DNA from: Podarcis liolepis
Taxonomy: Eukaryota
DNA: 64,000 nucleotides
NCBI GenBank assembly: GCA_965112155.1
Contig: OZ218105.1
Direction: 5' to 3' (one strand)
Shown here: positions 23,501 through 38,500 of the stretch, one piece after another
Numbering within the stretch: the first letter of the stretch is position 1
How the letters are laid out: every line of letters begins with the position of its first letter
The notes under the pieces: generated by a model
Told to the model about the DNA's origin: nothing
Database searches by the model: none
Seen by the model: the letters and a program-made list of their open reading frames with translations, nothing else
Made by a program: the position numbers and the translations under genes

Positions 23501-26500
23501 AGGGTCATAATAAAATGTTTCATTCTTTGGTTCCTCCCTCATAAGATGGGCTTTGCCAAGCAGGAAACAGGATATGGCCAATTTCCTTTGGTGTCAAAAG
23601 CACAAATAACATTTCTTACCCCTGCCTTTGCTACATGGTCTCAGTAGATCCAATCTAGGTTATGGCCGTGGTTTCAGCATTTAAGAACAGCCCTGCTCAA
23701 GAAAATTTAATCTACTCTAGCATCTGTTTCCAACAGTGGCCATCCAGATACCCCCAGACAATGTAAGAACACACGCATCCTCTTCTATAGTAGCATCATA
23801 GAGGATCAAGCGCACAGGTGTTGGCACCTTCCTGCACAGTCAACCTTGCTCTTAGCCGTTATTGGATGGCTGTGCTTTGGAAGGACCCCTGCTGTACAGT
23901 TGAGTGGTGCAAAAGTCTTGTCCAAGGGGAGAAAAGCTTGCTTGAATGAGGTAAGAAGGGAAAGGGTAAGGGTGCTCTTCGTGGTTCCTCCCATTGGTTT
24001 CTAGCAAAACAGTAGCTCAGGAAGCTACCACGAAGGGTTCAGTGGGCTGGGCCTCTCCTGACCCATTCTTATTCAAGCTCTGGGTAGGATACTAATAGTT
24101 TCTTGCGGGAAATTCTAAAAGCACGCCATAATGGTCTTCAGCACATAGTCGTAACTGCACAATCCTATGTCAGCTGTAGCAAAGGCAACGCATCTTGGTT
24201 CAAGGGAAGCTGGATAAGTCTACATGACTTGCTCCTTCACAATGTGCTCCTCAAACTGTTGCAACATAGGATTCTGTTTAGGACTATTTTGTTTAAGTGT
24301 GCAGTTTTTATGAGCCTGGTTTTTTAAAGGTAAAAAAAAGGGTGAACATAATTTCTATACCTTCAGTTTTAAATGCTTAAATGATTTCCAGATCTTATAT
24401 TTTACTCCAAGAAGACCCATTTATTGCTGCAGAAGCAATCACTCAGATCACTTTTAAAATAAAAGACTGTTAAGTATTTTGCAGTCTCGTGTATCTAATG
24501 TCCCTGCCAGTTTTAATAGTGGCATGGTGACTTCTTGTTTTTGAATTTCTTCGCAATACACTATTTAAAATCTGCACTCAGGAAGTTTATTCCATGTCTA
24601 AAAACATAATGTGATCAGGGTTAATAGATGTGTATAATATGCTGAGAATCTGAGAGCAGGTCTAGTATACATGTGTGTAAATCTTTTCTTGTTTACATAT
24701 TAAATGTGGGAGTGTTTTGTAGGAGCATTCGTCTGACTTTAAATTGTAAAGAAGGAAGTCTCCCTGAATATAACCCATGCCCTACAAGCAATAATTTCTC
24801 CAGTGAGAAGAATACTTTGCAAGGACAGAAAGTAAAAATGTAATCTTTTTTTTTTGGGGGGGGGGGGATGACAACAAAAAGTTAGGGCTAGTGCAAAACC
24901 TTTTAACAGAATAAAGTATTGACATTAAATCTTACTCAGTAAGGACCTCTAGTATTTCTTCCATTAGCAGGAATTATTGGTAAAAAGCTGTTTTTTTACT
25001 GCATCATAGCTGTCTAAGAAGATTTAGGCGGTTAGACAACTTAAGTGGTTTTAAACAAAAGTTGTTAAGAAATGTACTCAGAATTTAGGGAATTTCATTC
25101 ATTGCACTGAAAAAAAGCTGTACTTTTGGTGAAAGGCTTAGTTTTCTAGTGTGAAAATCAAAGGTTTGTGTCGCAGTATTAGATACAGCAGCTGAGGCAT
25201 ATTGCTGATAGTTCTGAAGGTTCTCTGCAGGTCCCATATATCTTAAAGAACATACTTACTGCTTCAGAGTGAAGATGGTTGATTTATTTTTCTGGTTCCA
25301 AGCAACTGGACATAATCCTATTTTTCACAACTTTCTATTGCTGCTATAAATAACTTCAGCATGCCATGTTACTTTTCTACAGAATATATGCTATACAAAT
25401 TCTATTTTTTGTTGTATTATATGATGTGGTTTTGACAGTGTGCATGGAGAAAGTAGAATTGTTTTGCGTTCCTTTTTTAACATGCGAGAGCTTACATGCC
25501 TTCATCCTTTTGATAGCTGGTTTTGTCTGTTGTTCGACTGAGATAGCATTTTAATGCCACTTAATCAGTCAGGCAAACTGACCCTTCGGGTAGTTCTCTG
25601 GCATAAATATTGAAACGAACGGAGTTTGTTAACAGATTCCTTGACCTTGTTCGTTTCAGGTAACATAATTCTGAAGCCCAAATCAGTTCTGAAAGCTTAG
25701 TCAGATAATTCTTGTTAATGATCAGTATCTCATAATCTAAATTCTTTCTTGCGTATCTGAATAAGGCTGCAGTCCTGACCTCACTTATCTAAGAGTAAGC
25801 CCCATTGAATTAAATCGGACTTAGACTGGAATAGATGTGGTTAGGATTGCACTGTTAGTGTGATGTTTCTTTAAAGCAATCTTGTGTTGAACCGAGTACA
25901 TATTTGTTGCTGAGGCAGTTCATATCAAGGTCCTTAATTGTAAAGTTTAATCCTGTGCAGCTGCAACTGCTTTCTGGTTGAATGTGTTTGTAAACATACA
26001 TGCCATTATTGGTAAGGTAAGGTGCTTCACCTGTGGCTTTTAGTATCTGGGAACTGGTTTGTGTGGATTTCTTTACATCAACCCACCAGTGCATTACCTC
26101 TTCTCCTATTGCAGTGAATGAATGTTGTGCCCTCTGTTGTAAGAGAATAAGGCTGCACACACAATATTTCTTTGAAGCACTTTTCTCTCTCTCCCCCCCC
26201 CCCCCGAATTCTGGACTCTGTAGTTTGCTAGGAGTTGCTGGGAATTTGTAGCTGTGAGGAGTAAGCTATAATACCTAGAATTATTTGAAGGAAAGAATGT
26301 TCTTCAAATGTTCTTTAGAGATATACGTGGTCTGCTTGCAGCCTGCATTTCTGTCACTTTGTCTAAGCTTGCAACCTTGAATCGGAAGAAGTTAATATTA
26401 AAATTAATTGTGCTATCATTATGCAACTACATATGTAAAGCCGTTCAGCTGAATATGCTACAAAAATAGTTTGATGCGTGCCAGGAGCCTCAGCCAGCAA

Positions 26501-29500
26501 TCTTCTTCTGTTTGTTCTTTAATGGCCTATTGTCTTGGGTATTAACAGTCTTACGACTGGAGTGTACAGTTCTGTGCTCAGCTTTTTACCACTGTTCCTA
26601 GTTATTGCAAGACACCACAGACTTGCTGGAGGAACTGCAGTCCAGAAACGCCATTCTGGCCACCACAGATATATGTAGAAGTCCCAAACACACATTTTCC
26701 ACGCAAAGTTGGGCTATAAACCATCAGAAACACTAAGCAGTGGCGTATCTAGCTACTGAGCTTAATTGCTTTGTTTCACAGTTGCAGGTAGTCTGCATCT
26801 TCAAGTTAGTGGTCTTGCTTCAGTGTTGCCCCATGGAATACTTATTGCTGAATTAGAACAGTCTTTCCTTAGTTCCTGACCTCAGTTGCCTCTCTGATAC
26901 CTGAATTGCATCAGTGATGACATCATAATCTAGTTCCATAAGCACACAACCACAATCTTATACCATATTGATGGCTACACATACCTGTATGCTTCCAGCT
27001 GCCATCCAAAGCACACAGCACAATTCATTGTCTGTAACTACCCCCTAGGACGGGAGCCACAAGCTCATTAGGGCCTGTGGGACATTTGATAATCTTAAAC
27101 TGTTAATGGGCACTAACAGAGTACCGAGTTTGCACAGAAGAAAGCTGCTGGTGCTCAGAAGGCCACCCCCCCAAAAAAAATAGTCATCTCCCAAAGCAAA
27201 TAAAAGACAAGAAGCAAGTTCACATACAAAAAGCCCCAACCACACAACCCCTCCAAAGCAACAATGACAACCTACAAACCTTTAAAATTAAAAATAATAA
27301 TGGAAGGGGGCCTTGGCAGGCACCGGGTGTGTGTGTGGAAGATGCCATAATGGCCTAAGATACAGCTGCATTCGCTCCAGTCCTTCAGGCAAAGACTGGC
27401 AGGATTTACATCAAGTATTATTGAAACTACAGTACTGGCTTGAGCTACAGTACAGCAGCATCCACACACCCCAGCCACACTAAAGGGGGTTGGATTGGGC
27501 AGAAGCATCTGGTGTCACTCTGCCAGCACAGAAGTGCCTGTTCTGCCTGCTGACTAGGTGAACAGAAATGGCACTATAGCAGGATCCTTGCCAGCAGCAA
27601 TCTGCAGAGAATTGCAAACTTGGGCTTCCAGGGAGGGGCTGAGGCAGCCTGGGATCTGCTGGCTCCCAAGCTGCTCCATCTTGCAGTCACTAGATGGCAA
27701 CATGCGCAATCCAGACTGGAACACCAATTTGCCTGCCTTCTCCCCAGGCCAGCATCAGTGCACCATAGTTTCCAGGCAGGTTTGGAGTATGGTGTTGGTT
27801 TCCTCCATTGGTTATTGAGTATTAACATTTCATATGGAACAGATGCCCTTGGGAGGTGGTTGACGCTCCTTCCTTGGAGGTTTTTAAGCAGAGATTGGAT
27901 GGCTATCTTTCATGGATGCTTTAGTTGAGATTCCTGCATTGCAGGGGGTTGGACTAGATGACCCACAGGGTCCCTTCCAACTCTATGGTTTTATGAAGTG
28001 TCTGATTTGTGTCTGTGTCTGTGCATTTATCCTTTTGCCCAGACGCAGTCTGGTTTGGTCTGTCAGAGTTTTCCTTTGTCCATACTACTGGTAGTCTTCA
28101 CCCTCTTCAAGATATACTTGTGAGTTGCTTGGTGTCCTCATATTCTGTTTGATACATAGGCAGTGATGTAACAGCTGTTTCTCAGTACATGATGTGTCAC
28201 AATGCAAGAGGTGGCTTTTCTTTCATTTCCTCATTCCATGCAGCTATTTCTCTTTTTAAAATTCTGTTTACTTAAAAACTTGACCAGGCTGCAGCCCAGC
28301 AGTTGTTACTGGTGTGGCATAGGTACAGAGAGCATAATCCTACAGATCTATAGGCAGAAATCATTAGAAATGATATTAAAGCTCACTTCTTTTGTATGGC
28401 TGCATCATACAGTCTTTCCTTCCACTGCCAAAAATAGCTTACAATCTCTTTACTACATGTAGTTCCAAGTATTGTGATGTAAATAATATGGGGACGGACA
28501 GAGACAGGAAGGGTAACTGAATTGTAATGGGAAAACAGCCAGTGCTTTTCTATTTGTATTAATTATATAACAGAGTTTTAAAAGATGCCATGTTCACGCC
28601 GCGTTTCATTAAGATCGTTCATAGTGGGTTACTGCCGTATGTGTTCTCAAATTGTCAATCTTTTACTCAGCTAGAAACAAATTCAGGCTTCTTCCTGGAT
28701 AGCAGACAAATAGCTTTCCAGGTCAATGAAGCATTAGTTCATCTGTGTTGTGTTTGAGCTTACGATGCAATTAGGTGAAATTACAATGGCTTGTAATATC
28801 AGATTTCTGTTGGACTATGACTAACGTTGGATATCACCGTGCATGCCTTCGCTTGTTAAAAACTTGCAGAAGCTTATTGGAGCAGACTAGATGTGCAACT
28901 AGATGTGTTTGCAATCTATGTATTAGCTACAAGCACACTAATACCTTGTGTACCAAGGCATTTTTGGCAGGAAATTGAAAATTAAGATTTGGTCACTCCA
29001 GTGGGTTTCTCAGAGTTTACAGCAACTGTACCAAAAGTTCTAATAAATGTTGACTAGGAACATAAGAAAAGCCCCCCAATGCACAAACCAAAGACAGTAC
29101 AGGTAAAATATAGTCACTATCGCTAAGTAGCCATTTATAGCTTTATGAGCCATGAATTTTAAGCCCTTTAAGCTTGTGGGATCACTTTAGCCCATACACG
29201 TCATACCCAACCACTTCAGTCTGCAGAACTGGCAACTGTAACAGGTGCCATGTAATATTTCCACAGTTGTAAGAAATCCATATTTTAGTGTGGCAGGGCC
29301 TGCCCTGTAGAACTCCCTGTCTATTGACATCAGGGAGGCGACTCTGTTGTACTACTGTCTATGCCTTCTTAAAACATGTTTTTATTTAGTCAATTCTATT
29401 GAGACCTGTAGGTGTTGATGTGCTTTCATCTATTTTACTGTTAATTATAATTATCTTTATTTTTATTGATATTTTAAATTTTTCTTGCAAATCACTTACA

Positions 29501-32500
29501 GCTTGGCAGTATATGCATTTTGTTAAGTAAAACGCATTTTGTCTAATCCTCTTTTAAAAGTCATCCTGTTTGGTGATCATCACTGTGTATTGGGAGAGCG
29601 AATTCCATAACTATGCACTGTGCAAAGTGATAATTCCTAGTACAAATGAATGAAATCAGGGTCCTTAGTAATTTGGAGTGGATCTACTCTAAGAAGCAAT
29701 TATTAACATCACTATGCTAGGCAACAGAAGTCAGCCACGTTAAAGGAAATCTCTCAGTGCTCTTAACTCTGTCTGGACTGTGGCACCAACCACTGTGGGG
29801 TTTATCTGATTCTAAAAACTTTTCATTTCCCCACATACAAACCCCATCTTGAAATCATTGCAAACCCCATCTTGAAATTGCCCTGTGAGTATAATTGCGT
29901 TTGCTGGGATTTCTTCATTCCCAGTTTGGACAGGGATAGAGTCAGGGTGAATGGGTGCCATAAAAATTAAGGTGTGGAAAGCATGGCTGCATAACTATTC
30001 AATCTAGGTGTTATTTCAGATTCTTTCTTCAACTTATTTTCCCTTACAACCTGTCCTGAACCTCTTGGAATGTGGGGGGGGGGATGGGAGTGGGGGGAGG
30101 GAGGAAGAGTTCTTGTGTGATGCTTCCTGCTTGCTCTTTTAGTCCACAGCTGGAAAAATGCTTTTGGCAGAGTGTTGTATACGTGTTTGGCTGTGTATTC
30201 CTGCTTAACTAAATCAGGGGTCAGCAAACTTTTTCAGCAGCTGGCCGGTCCACTGTCCCTCAGACCTTGGGGGGGGGCGGACTATATTTTTTTGAGGGAA
30301 ATGAACAAATTTCTATGCCCCACAAATAACCCAGAGCTGAATTTAAATAAAAGGACACATTCTACTCATGTAAAATCACTCTGATTCCCAGACCGTCCAT
30401 GGGCCAGATTTAGAAGATGTTTGGGCCGGATCCGGCCCCCGGGCCTTAGTTTGCCTACACATGAACTAAATCATCCTGGGGAATACTACAGGCTTTTACT
30501 AAACCAGAATTGTGAATACATCCAGAACTGCCAATATTTTCTTGCTACTTCCAATTACTTAAGATTTGGTAAGAAAACGAGTGTTTCATGCACAATTTTA
30601 AGCGGTGTCTACTTCATATAGGTACCGTTTTGGTGGCTGCCGTCTTTGTTACAATGTGTTAGATTTACCTGATCATCAGCAAAAAGCAACCACGTTCACA
30701 GGCGTTGTTTGCCTTGTGTCTACAGTCCAATCTTAAAAGAACCAAATTCCTTGGATTTTTGCAGATTGCCTTCATGACGCTGACCCTGTTCCCCATCCGG
30801 CTGTTTTTTGCTGCTTTCATGATGTTGCTGGCCTGGCCTTTTGCATTCATCGCCTCCATGGGACCTGCGGACAGAGAAATAGAAAAACCCCTCTCCTGGT
30901 GGCGAAAGTAAGTCACTGAGCCCATTTGGGTTTGCTTAACATCTACATGGAGTATACGGTAATTCAAGAAGTGAAATTGGCACGGGTTACTAATTTGATA
31001 TATTTCTCCTCATAGCGGTGAAACTGACATATTGCACAATAAAAACATCGTTTCCCCCTAACGACGAATCACTTGTATATTTAACCCCCAGTGGCAGCTG
31101 TCTTTACTGAAAAGCATCTTGGAAGAGGTCCTGGCATTAAGCAGAGAAGTAAGCTGGTGGGGGAGGAGGCAGCGTTAACCTTTTTGCAACCTTTTCCTTC
31201 TCTGCTGCCTAACCTTCCTCTGGAGGTTCTGGGCAAGCATTTTTAAGACGAAGCACATTTCTGGAACCTCGCAAGGAGAAATGGGTAGGTGAGGTTTTGC
31301 AGGAGGGAAAAGGGTTAATCATTCATGCCTCTCTCACAGCTTCTGTGCTGAAGCTCACCCCCCCCCCCCCGAAGCTGGTTTTCACTACAGAGAGCAGCTA
31401 TCAGGATTTAAATAGGTGCAATGTGAATGTGAACAGTTTATTCCCCCTGGCTGATGTGCGTTAAGTTCAGTGTCTGTCCTGATTCTTTTTCACTGCGTCC
31501 CCATTCGCATAAACTGCTTAACTGCTTTATTTGGTACCCGAAGATGAGTTGCCGGAAGTGTTTACAAGATCTTGAGGGTGCTGCTTCTTCTGGAAGATTT
31601 TCCATTATCTCTACGTGCTGTGCTGTGCAATGTTAATCCCAGGATTAACGGAGGGTACATCTGATTGGTTGAAAACGCAAGAGAGTTGCTGAGCAATGCT
31701 GTCTTTCTGTACCCATGAATAGTCACGAGAAACAACAATATCGAAAACCGTTCCCTGTTATCTCCATGGGATGGTTTGTCAGCTTAGAAAAGTACCGTAT
31801 TTTTTGCTCTATAAGACTCACTTTTTCCCTCCTAAAAAGTAAGGGGAAATGTGTGTGCGTCTTATGGTGCGAATGCAGGCTGCACAGCTATCACAGAAGC
31901 CAGAACAGCAAGAGGGATTGCTGCTTTCACTGTGCAGCGATCCCTCTTGCTGTTCTGGCTTCTGAGATTCAGAATATTTTTTTTCTTGTTTTCCTCCTCC
32001 AAAAACTAGGTGCATCTTGTGGTCTGCTGCGTCTTATAGAGCGAAAAATACGGTACCTGAAAGGGGAAGGGAGCTGGTTAAATGTCTCGTCAAGACAGGT
32101 GCCTGTTGCGGTATTCCCTGGAGAGATATCCACACAGCGTTTGTAAATACTTCTTCAGCTGTGGCCAAAGAAGTTGCAAGCATTTCCACAGCATGTTGTT
32201 CCCTTTTCTCTTAACCCAAGCCATGCTTTGTGGGGCAGGAAAGCTTGAAGGCACTGCAGCTCCAAGTTACAAATAAATGTAGCAAGGAGGTTATAGAAAA
32301 GCTCACAGAATACTAAAATTTATATCCTTAGGCACCAGGCGAAAACATTTCTCTTTAACCAGAACTTTGGCTGATTAACATTCTATGTCCTTTTAAATGG
32401 AAGGGGGTTATTGGTTTCTTTTTGTTTTTATTATGCATCCTTTGCGATCTTCAGATGAAAGGTGGTATACAAATTTGATAAACAGCAACAACAACAACAA

Positions 32501-35500
32501 ATTTCCTCTGAATTGTTGGGCGTGTACATCCAAAGTTAGTTCATTTCAGATTGTGCCCATTAAAATTAATGGACATACCGTATTTTTTGCACCATAACAC
32601 TCACTTTTTTCCTCCTAGAAAGTAAGGGGAAATGTCTGTGCGTGTTATGGAGCGAATGACTGCGGGTGGCGGGGGGGGATCTGCTGCAGTCGTGAGCAGA
32701 GGGTCCATGGTTCCCCTTCCTTCCCTCCTCCGTGGTTACAAAGCATGGATCCACATGGATCCTCAGGATTTTTGCATTGGGCTACTCCAAACTCACTGTC
32801 AGATCACATGTCTGTGGCCACAGCATGAACCACAAAAACCATATATCCACTATTTCGTTTAGAATATTTTTTTTCTTGTTTTCCTCCTCTAAAAACTACG
32901 TGCGTGTTATGGTCTGGTGTGTGTTATAGAGCGAAAAATACGGTAATTAACTTCGGTCCATTGATTTCAACGGGCCTAAGATAACTTGGATAAAACTCTT
33001 TTGAGTTTATAGAAAACCAATATTGTCTTTATAGTTGGAGTGCGTACCCATCTTGAGACTGAGCAGAGAAAAATAGTCACCCAGCTCTTTGCATGAGCAT
33101 CTATTAAATGAAAGTGCACTCTGTGGATATATTTGTTTTGGGTTGTTGTTTTTGCCTGCTTTGGCCCACCCTCTGTGATTTCCACTGACGAAGATAGACA
33201 GGTGACAGGCTGCCTTTCTAAAGAGACAGTTTGTACCTGTTCTGCAGTGATGCTCCCTTCGACCTTTTGGGGTAAGATGAAGTAAAATATGCCATGGGGT
33301 TGCTGACGGGACTGGTTAAGCTGGAACCTATTTACCGTATTTTTTGCTCTATAAGACTCACTTTTCCCTCCTAAAAAGTAAGGGGAAATGTGTGTGCGTC
33401 TTATGGAGCGAATGCAGGCTGCGCAGCTATCCCAGAAGCCAGAACAGCAAGAGGGATCGCTGCTTTCACTGCGCAGCGATCCCTCTTGCTGTTCTGGCTT
33501 CTGAGATTCGGAATTTTTTTTTTTTTCTTGTTTTCCTCCTCCAAAAACTAGGTGCGTCTTGTGGTCTGGTGCGTCTTATAGAGCGAAAAATACGGTGACT
33601 ACATTTGAACTCCCTGACTTAACAAAACTGTGTTAAAACACAATCAGAAAACGAGGAAGCAAAGTGCTTTTAAAAAGAAACTCTTAGTTCCCGGTTTCCT
33701 TGGAAATAGCTTATGTAGTTAATCGTGTTCAAAAGGATTAACACGTCTGCATTTGTGCTGTCTTATTATTTTCAGGTTTGTGGATGTCATGCTGAAGGCC
33801 ATCATGAGGACCATGTGGCTTGCTGGGGGATTCCACTGGATAAATGTGAAGGGCAGGCAGGCCTTGCCCACTGAAGCAGCAATATTGACTCTGGCTCCAC
33901 ATTCCTCGTACTTTGATGCTATACCTGTAACAATGACCATGGCCTCCATTGTCATGAAAGCAGAAAGCAAAGATATTCCTGTTTGGGGAAGTAAGTCAAA
34001 GAAAGCTTTACTTTCAAATAAGGGCCACGGCGATTTATTTCTGGAACGGAACGTATTCTTGGAATGTGGGAACCACCGCAGAAAAGGGCCCCTTCCTGGT
34101 TGTTGGCAGAGGAATATTTGCAGCTTGTGAGAAAACTAGGAGGGTCTCTGGTAATGACCGTAACGGCCAGACAGATACAAATGGGAGAAGCCGTTCCCTT
34201 GGGTAACCCACTCCTGAGTTGCTTGGATCAAAGCTGAAACCTGGCTTGGCACCAAATGGCGGGCAGTTCAGTTCTTTCAACAAAGGTGCTACATGACAGC
34301 AGCTTGACACATCGCTCAACAACCTACCCATGGCACTCTTTGCTTGTGCCAGCTTCTAGGCCACGCATACAAACAGCTAAACATAGAATGCCTATCAGTA
34401 TGCCCCTTCGCCGCCCCACCAGGTGTTTTCGCAATGTTTCCATTTCTTAATTTTATGTTCCTTCCTTCAGTAAGCACTGGGTTCGCATACATTTGATTAT
34501 TCTGTTTTATCTTTGGCAGTCATACAGTGAGGTGGACCAGAATGAAAGATAGCAACTTGCCCAGGTTATCCAGTTGAGAATTTTGTGCCCACACACTTTG
34601 AAGAAGTCTCAAAGCAGTTTACAATGAAACATGCCAAAACATGTTAAACAGTGTGCATCTTCAGTAAAATAACAATTAAAAACACACACGAAAGCTCAGG
34701 TTGATGACACTTGTCATCAAAGTTGCTGATGGGTCTGCAAGAATAAAAAAAAGTTTCTACATGGTGCCAAAATGGTAGCAAAGTTGGTGCCAGCCAGATC
34801 TCCTTTCTCGCACTATGCACAATGGCCCACTAACTCTTTCTTAAGGAGCCAGCACTTCTATTTCGATATCAGAAGGAGTGTAAAGGGGGAGGCTAAACAT
34901 GATGTAGCCCTACATTTATTTCAGTAGCATCCAAGGGAGTTCAAGAGCAAAAGGTTGAACTTTCATCACAACTCTGTGCCTACAAAGTTTTTGTTAGTAC
35001 AAATGTAACTCCGTAGTTACAAAACAAGGAAGTGCAAAAACGAACCACAGATTTTTCCCTGATTGTGTTGTGTATTATGTAGCATGATGTGGTATCTTAA
35101 AATGAAGAAAGCAAAACCTCTGTGGGAGAGAGTGGGTATGGAGTGAAAAGGTCACCCCACCCCCGTCCCTCACTAACTGTTTGCTCTTCATTTCCCTCTC
35201 CTGTTTCAAAAAAATAAAAAATAAAAATTAGGGCACACATGCATATAATTAGTTCCTTGATTTTTTTTTACATTTGTGTTTTGAAAACATGGATAAGTTG
35301 AGGGGGGAAAGAAAATGATTTTTTGGTCACTTTGCCTGGTTGTAGTGCTTTTCATCTTGTAGCTATTGCATTTATGAATATGTATGATTTTTATTTGGCT
35401 GTGTGTGTAAATGGGTGTATTTAACCTGCTTTTGCCCATTTATAAATGGATTGCTAGACATTCTTTACTCTGCTTGTGTTGCAGAATATCACTGTGGAGG

Positions 35501-38500
35501 GTTATGCATTGGGTGAACTCTGGGTCTTCCTCTCTTCTAGACCTAAAATTCAGTGGGATGACTTTGGTTGTTAACATTTTGGCATTCTATTGCTGCTTTT
35601 CTGTACCTCTGAGGGAGTTGCATACACAGCCCTTTAACCATGTGTACATGACCTACATAAATATAGGAATTTAGTCTGCTGGTCACCTGTCTTAAATAAA
35701 CTTGGAAGTTTTCTGGAGATTTAGCTCAGCGGCAGATTGTGGGACTTGATTTTTTTACCACTGTTGATGGGGGCAGGGAGAGAGAGAGAGAATATTTAAT
35801 TCACTTGAAACTTTGGGGGGCATGGAATCATTGAAAGCAGGGAGAACACGTGCTATGAAATGTGACATGTATAATTTCACTAGTGTTATTTGGGAGTGGG
35901 AGACAGACCCTCCAACAGGTGGCAAAGATCAGGCTGTCCAAAGAGAATTTAGCGGCTTCCCTCCAGCGTTTTCCAAAGTTTGCAATAGTTTACATGAAGA
36001 GTATTGCAATGCAGTAAGGCATTGTTTCTGCTGAGTGATAAACATCAACAATAAATTTCAGCATACCACCAACCTGTCTAACATAGTATCTAATAATGAG
36101 CTCTAAATAGCTGAAACCTCAAATCTACAACATTCCCACCACTTTCCTTATCTGGAGTTGGATATGTGATTAAGCATAACCTGTTTGTACCACTAGGAAT
36201 GATCTGACAGAGGTAGAATTGCTCCAACCCCAACCTTTCCACCTAAAATGCAAGGGCTTCTCTTATGCCAAGAGGCTTTTGTTAGTTGTGTGAATCGCAC
36301 AACACAATTCAAGATTCTGTGGTACTATAGGAGTATAGTCAGGTGCTCTTGTCAGATTATTCATGTGGCTGGGGAAAGAGTAATCTCACAACCATGTATA
36401 TTTAGATCACTCAGGTGATGACACGCAGCTTGTCATATGCATTTGAGGTGATGAGCAGCGTTCACAATGACCCCAGGGAAAGTGAGCTAGAAATGCAGAC
36501 TTCCTAGCAGACGTCTAAGCAGTGTCTCCTTTGAAAAAATCCCTCCCATTATTTCAAGACTGTCAGTGGTGATGATAGTTACTGTTCTTAGGAGCTTTTC
36601 CTGAAAGGAACAAATAATTTGATTGGCTTTAAATACAGGCCAAAATGGTTCTAGACTGGCTATAAAAGTTATAAATGTGATGTATTGCATTGCATGGATT
36701 TTATTATTCCTTATCGCTGTTTCAGTATTAGATATTCTGATTCTCTCTTTTTTGAACTTTACACGAGTGTTAAACTCATATCCCATCCCTTTTGTAAGAA
36801 ATAAACAACTGTCCTGTCTACCTTCAAACAGGATCAAGCTAACTGAGGCAATTTTAGAAATAAGAAAAAGCATGGCAGGTAGTTTTAGTTTGTGTTTTAA
36901 AGGGGCACTTTCAGTTTAAAGTATTCATAAGTGGGTGACTGTATTTCTGAATAAATGCAGGGCTATATTTTATTTTAAAATGTTTCTTAATGTGTTCTGC
37001 TGGTTACTCCCCCCCCCCAATATGGCATATTTTGTTATGAAATGTGTTTGCTCATAAAACTATTGATTGTTTCTCTATATAGCATGTCATACACTTATGC
37101 TAATCTAAAGAAAAATGAAGGAATATACTTAGGAATATGGACATTTCTGTTTCTTTCCAGCTCTAATCAAATACATTCGACCCGTGTTTGTATCTCGATC
37201 AGATCAGGATTCCCGCAGGAAAACTGTTGAGGAGATAAGACGACGTGCTCAGTCAAATGGCAAATGGCCACAGGTACTGGTAGAACGTCTTGTGATTTAA
37301 AGGTATTTGTTTTCTGTAAAGGAATATCTATTTCCACCTAAAGAGATGCTATTTCTGTTCAAAAGTAGACACACACTCCTCAGGTTTCAGTTTCTACTAT
37401 TTGTGGGGCTAACATTCACCTGAGTTCTGAATTCTTTCGAATTCTTCAGGTTTTCCTCCAGCTGTTCCTCTTGATTTAACATTGGTACCACATCTCGGAA
37501 AAGATGGGGGGAAATCCTTTGTTGGATGATACCATGGTTCATTTCATCCATTATTCTGTTTCTAACAGCCAAACATCTATGGGTGTTCACAAAGACGGCA
37601 TGAAGGTGACAGCCCCCCCCTAGTTGTTGCCAAGGAGGATAAAATCCATGATGTTAAGTTGTGGGTAGACATATCAGATGACACAGTGATTCTTCAAACA
37701 GCTCTTGTTTATTCACAGGCCAGAACAGAAGTGAACTGAAGGGTTCAGTCAGCCTGCTTATATAGAGCTCCACTACAACGTAACTGTAACAATATTCTAA
37801 AACTATCCAATCACTGAACGTCACTTTCGATCCCTTATTTGCATAACTATCTACAGTATCCCCCTGCTGGCCCAGGGTGAGAACTTCAATACATAACACA
37901 TGACTTGCTGTTAATTTAATTATGTTTGACATGTGAAACAATCCTGATACATTAAGGATTGTATGGGGGAAGACCCCGTGCCACCTTAACTCCCTCACTG
38001 TCAGCTCAGCCAGAGAAAGGCTGCACATATCTCCCTCTTCCAGGCTCAGCTGTTAGCAGTACAGTTTCCTTTTCTCAGTCCTCAGCCTAGTGTCAGTCAT
38101 TCTCTTATAGAGTTATGAAAGATGGGGGAGGGGGGAAAGTACTTTCTCAAGATGAGTTTTGATTATATAAACATCCATAACGTTCCGCTTAATCACCTCT
38201 CCTTTCTTTCCTCAACTAAACAATTCCTTTATGAATAGTGAATTCACCTCTTGGCAATTTGCTTACCCCTTCGAAATTGTGCGACAGCACTTTTGAGAAG
38301 AAACAATCACATAATACTGAAATGTCACCGCAGCATAAATTTGGGTAATGGTATTTTAACGTTGAGTTCTGTTCCTAAGAATTTCCAGTGCTGAGTTCGT
38401 TGCCGCTTAGGAATCTCTTAAGCTGTGTATAGATAAGTTTTCCTCCTGCCATAGAGGAAATCATCTTAATCGTCACCTCTTCTTTGTTTGTGGGCGCCAT

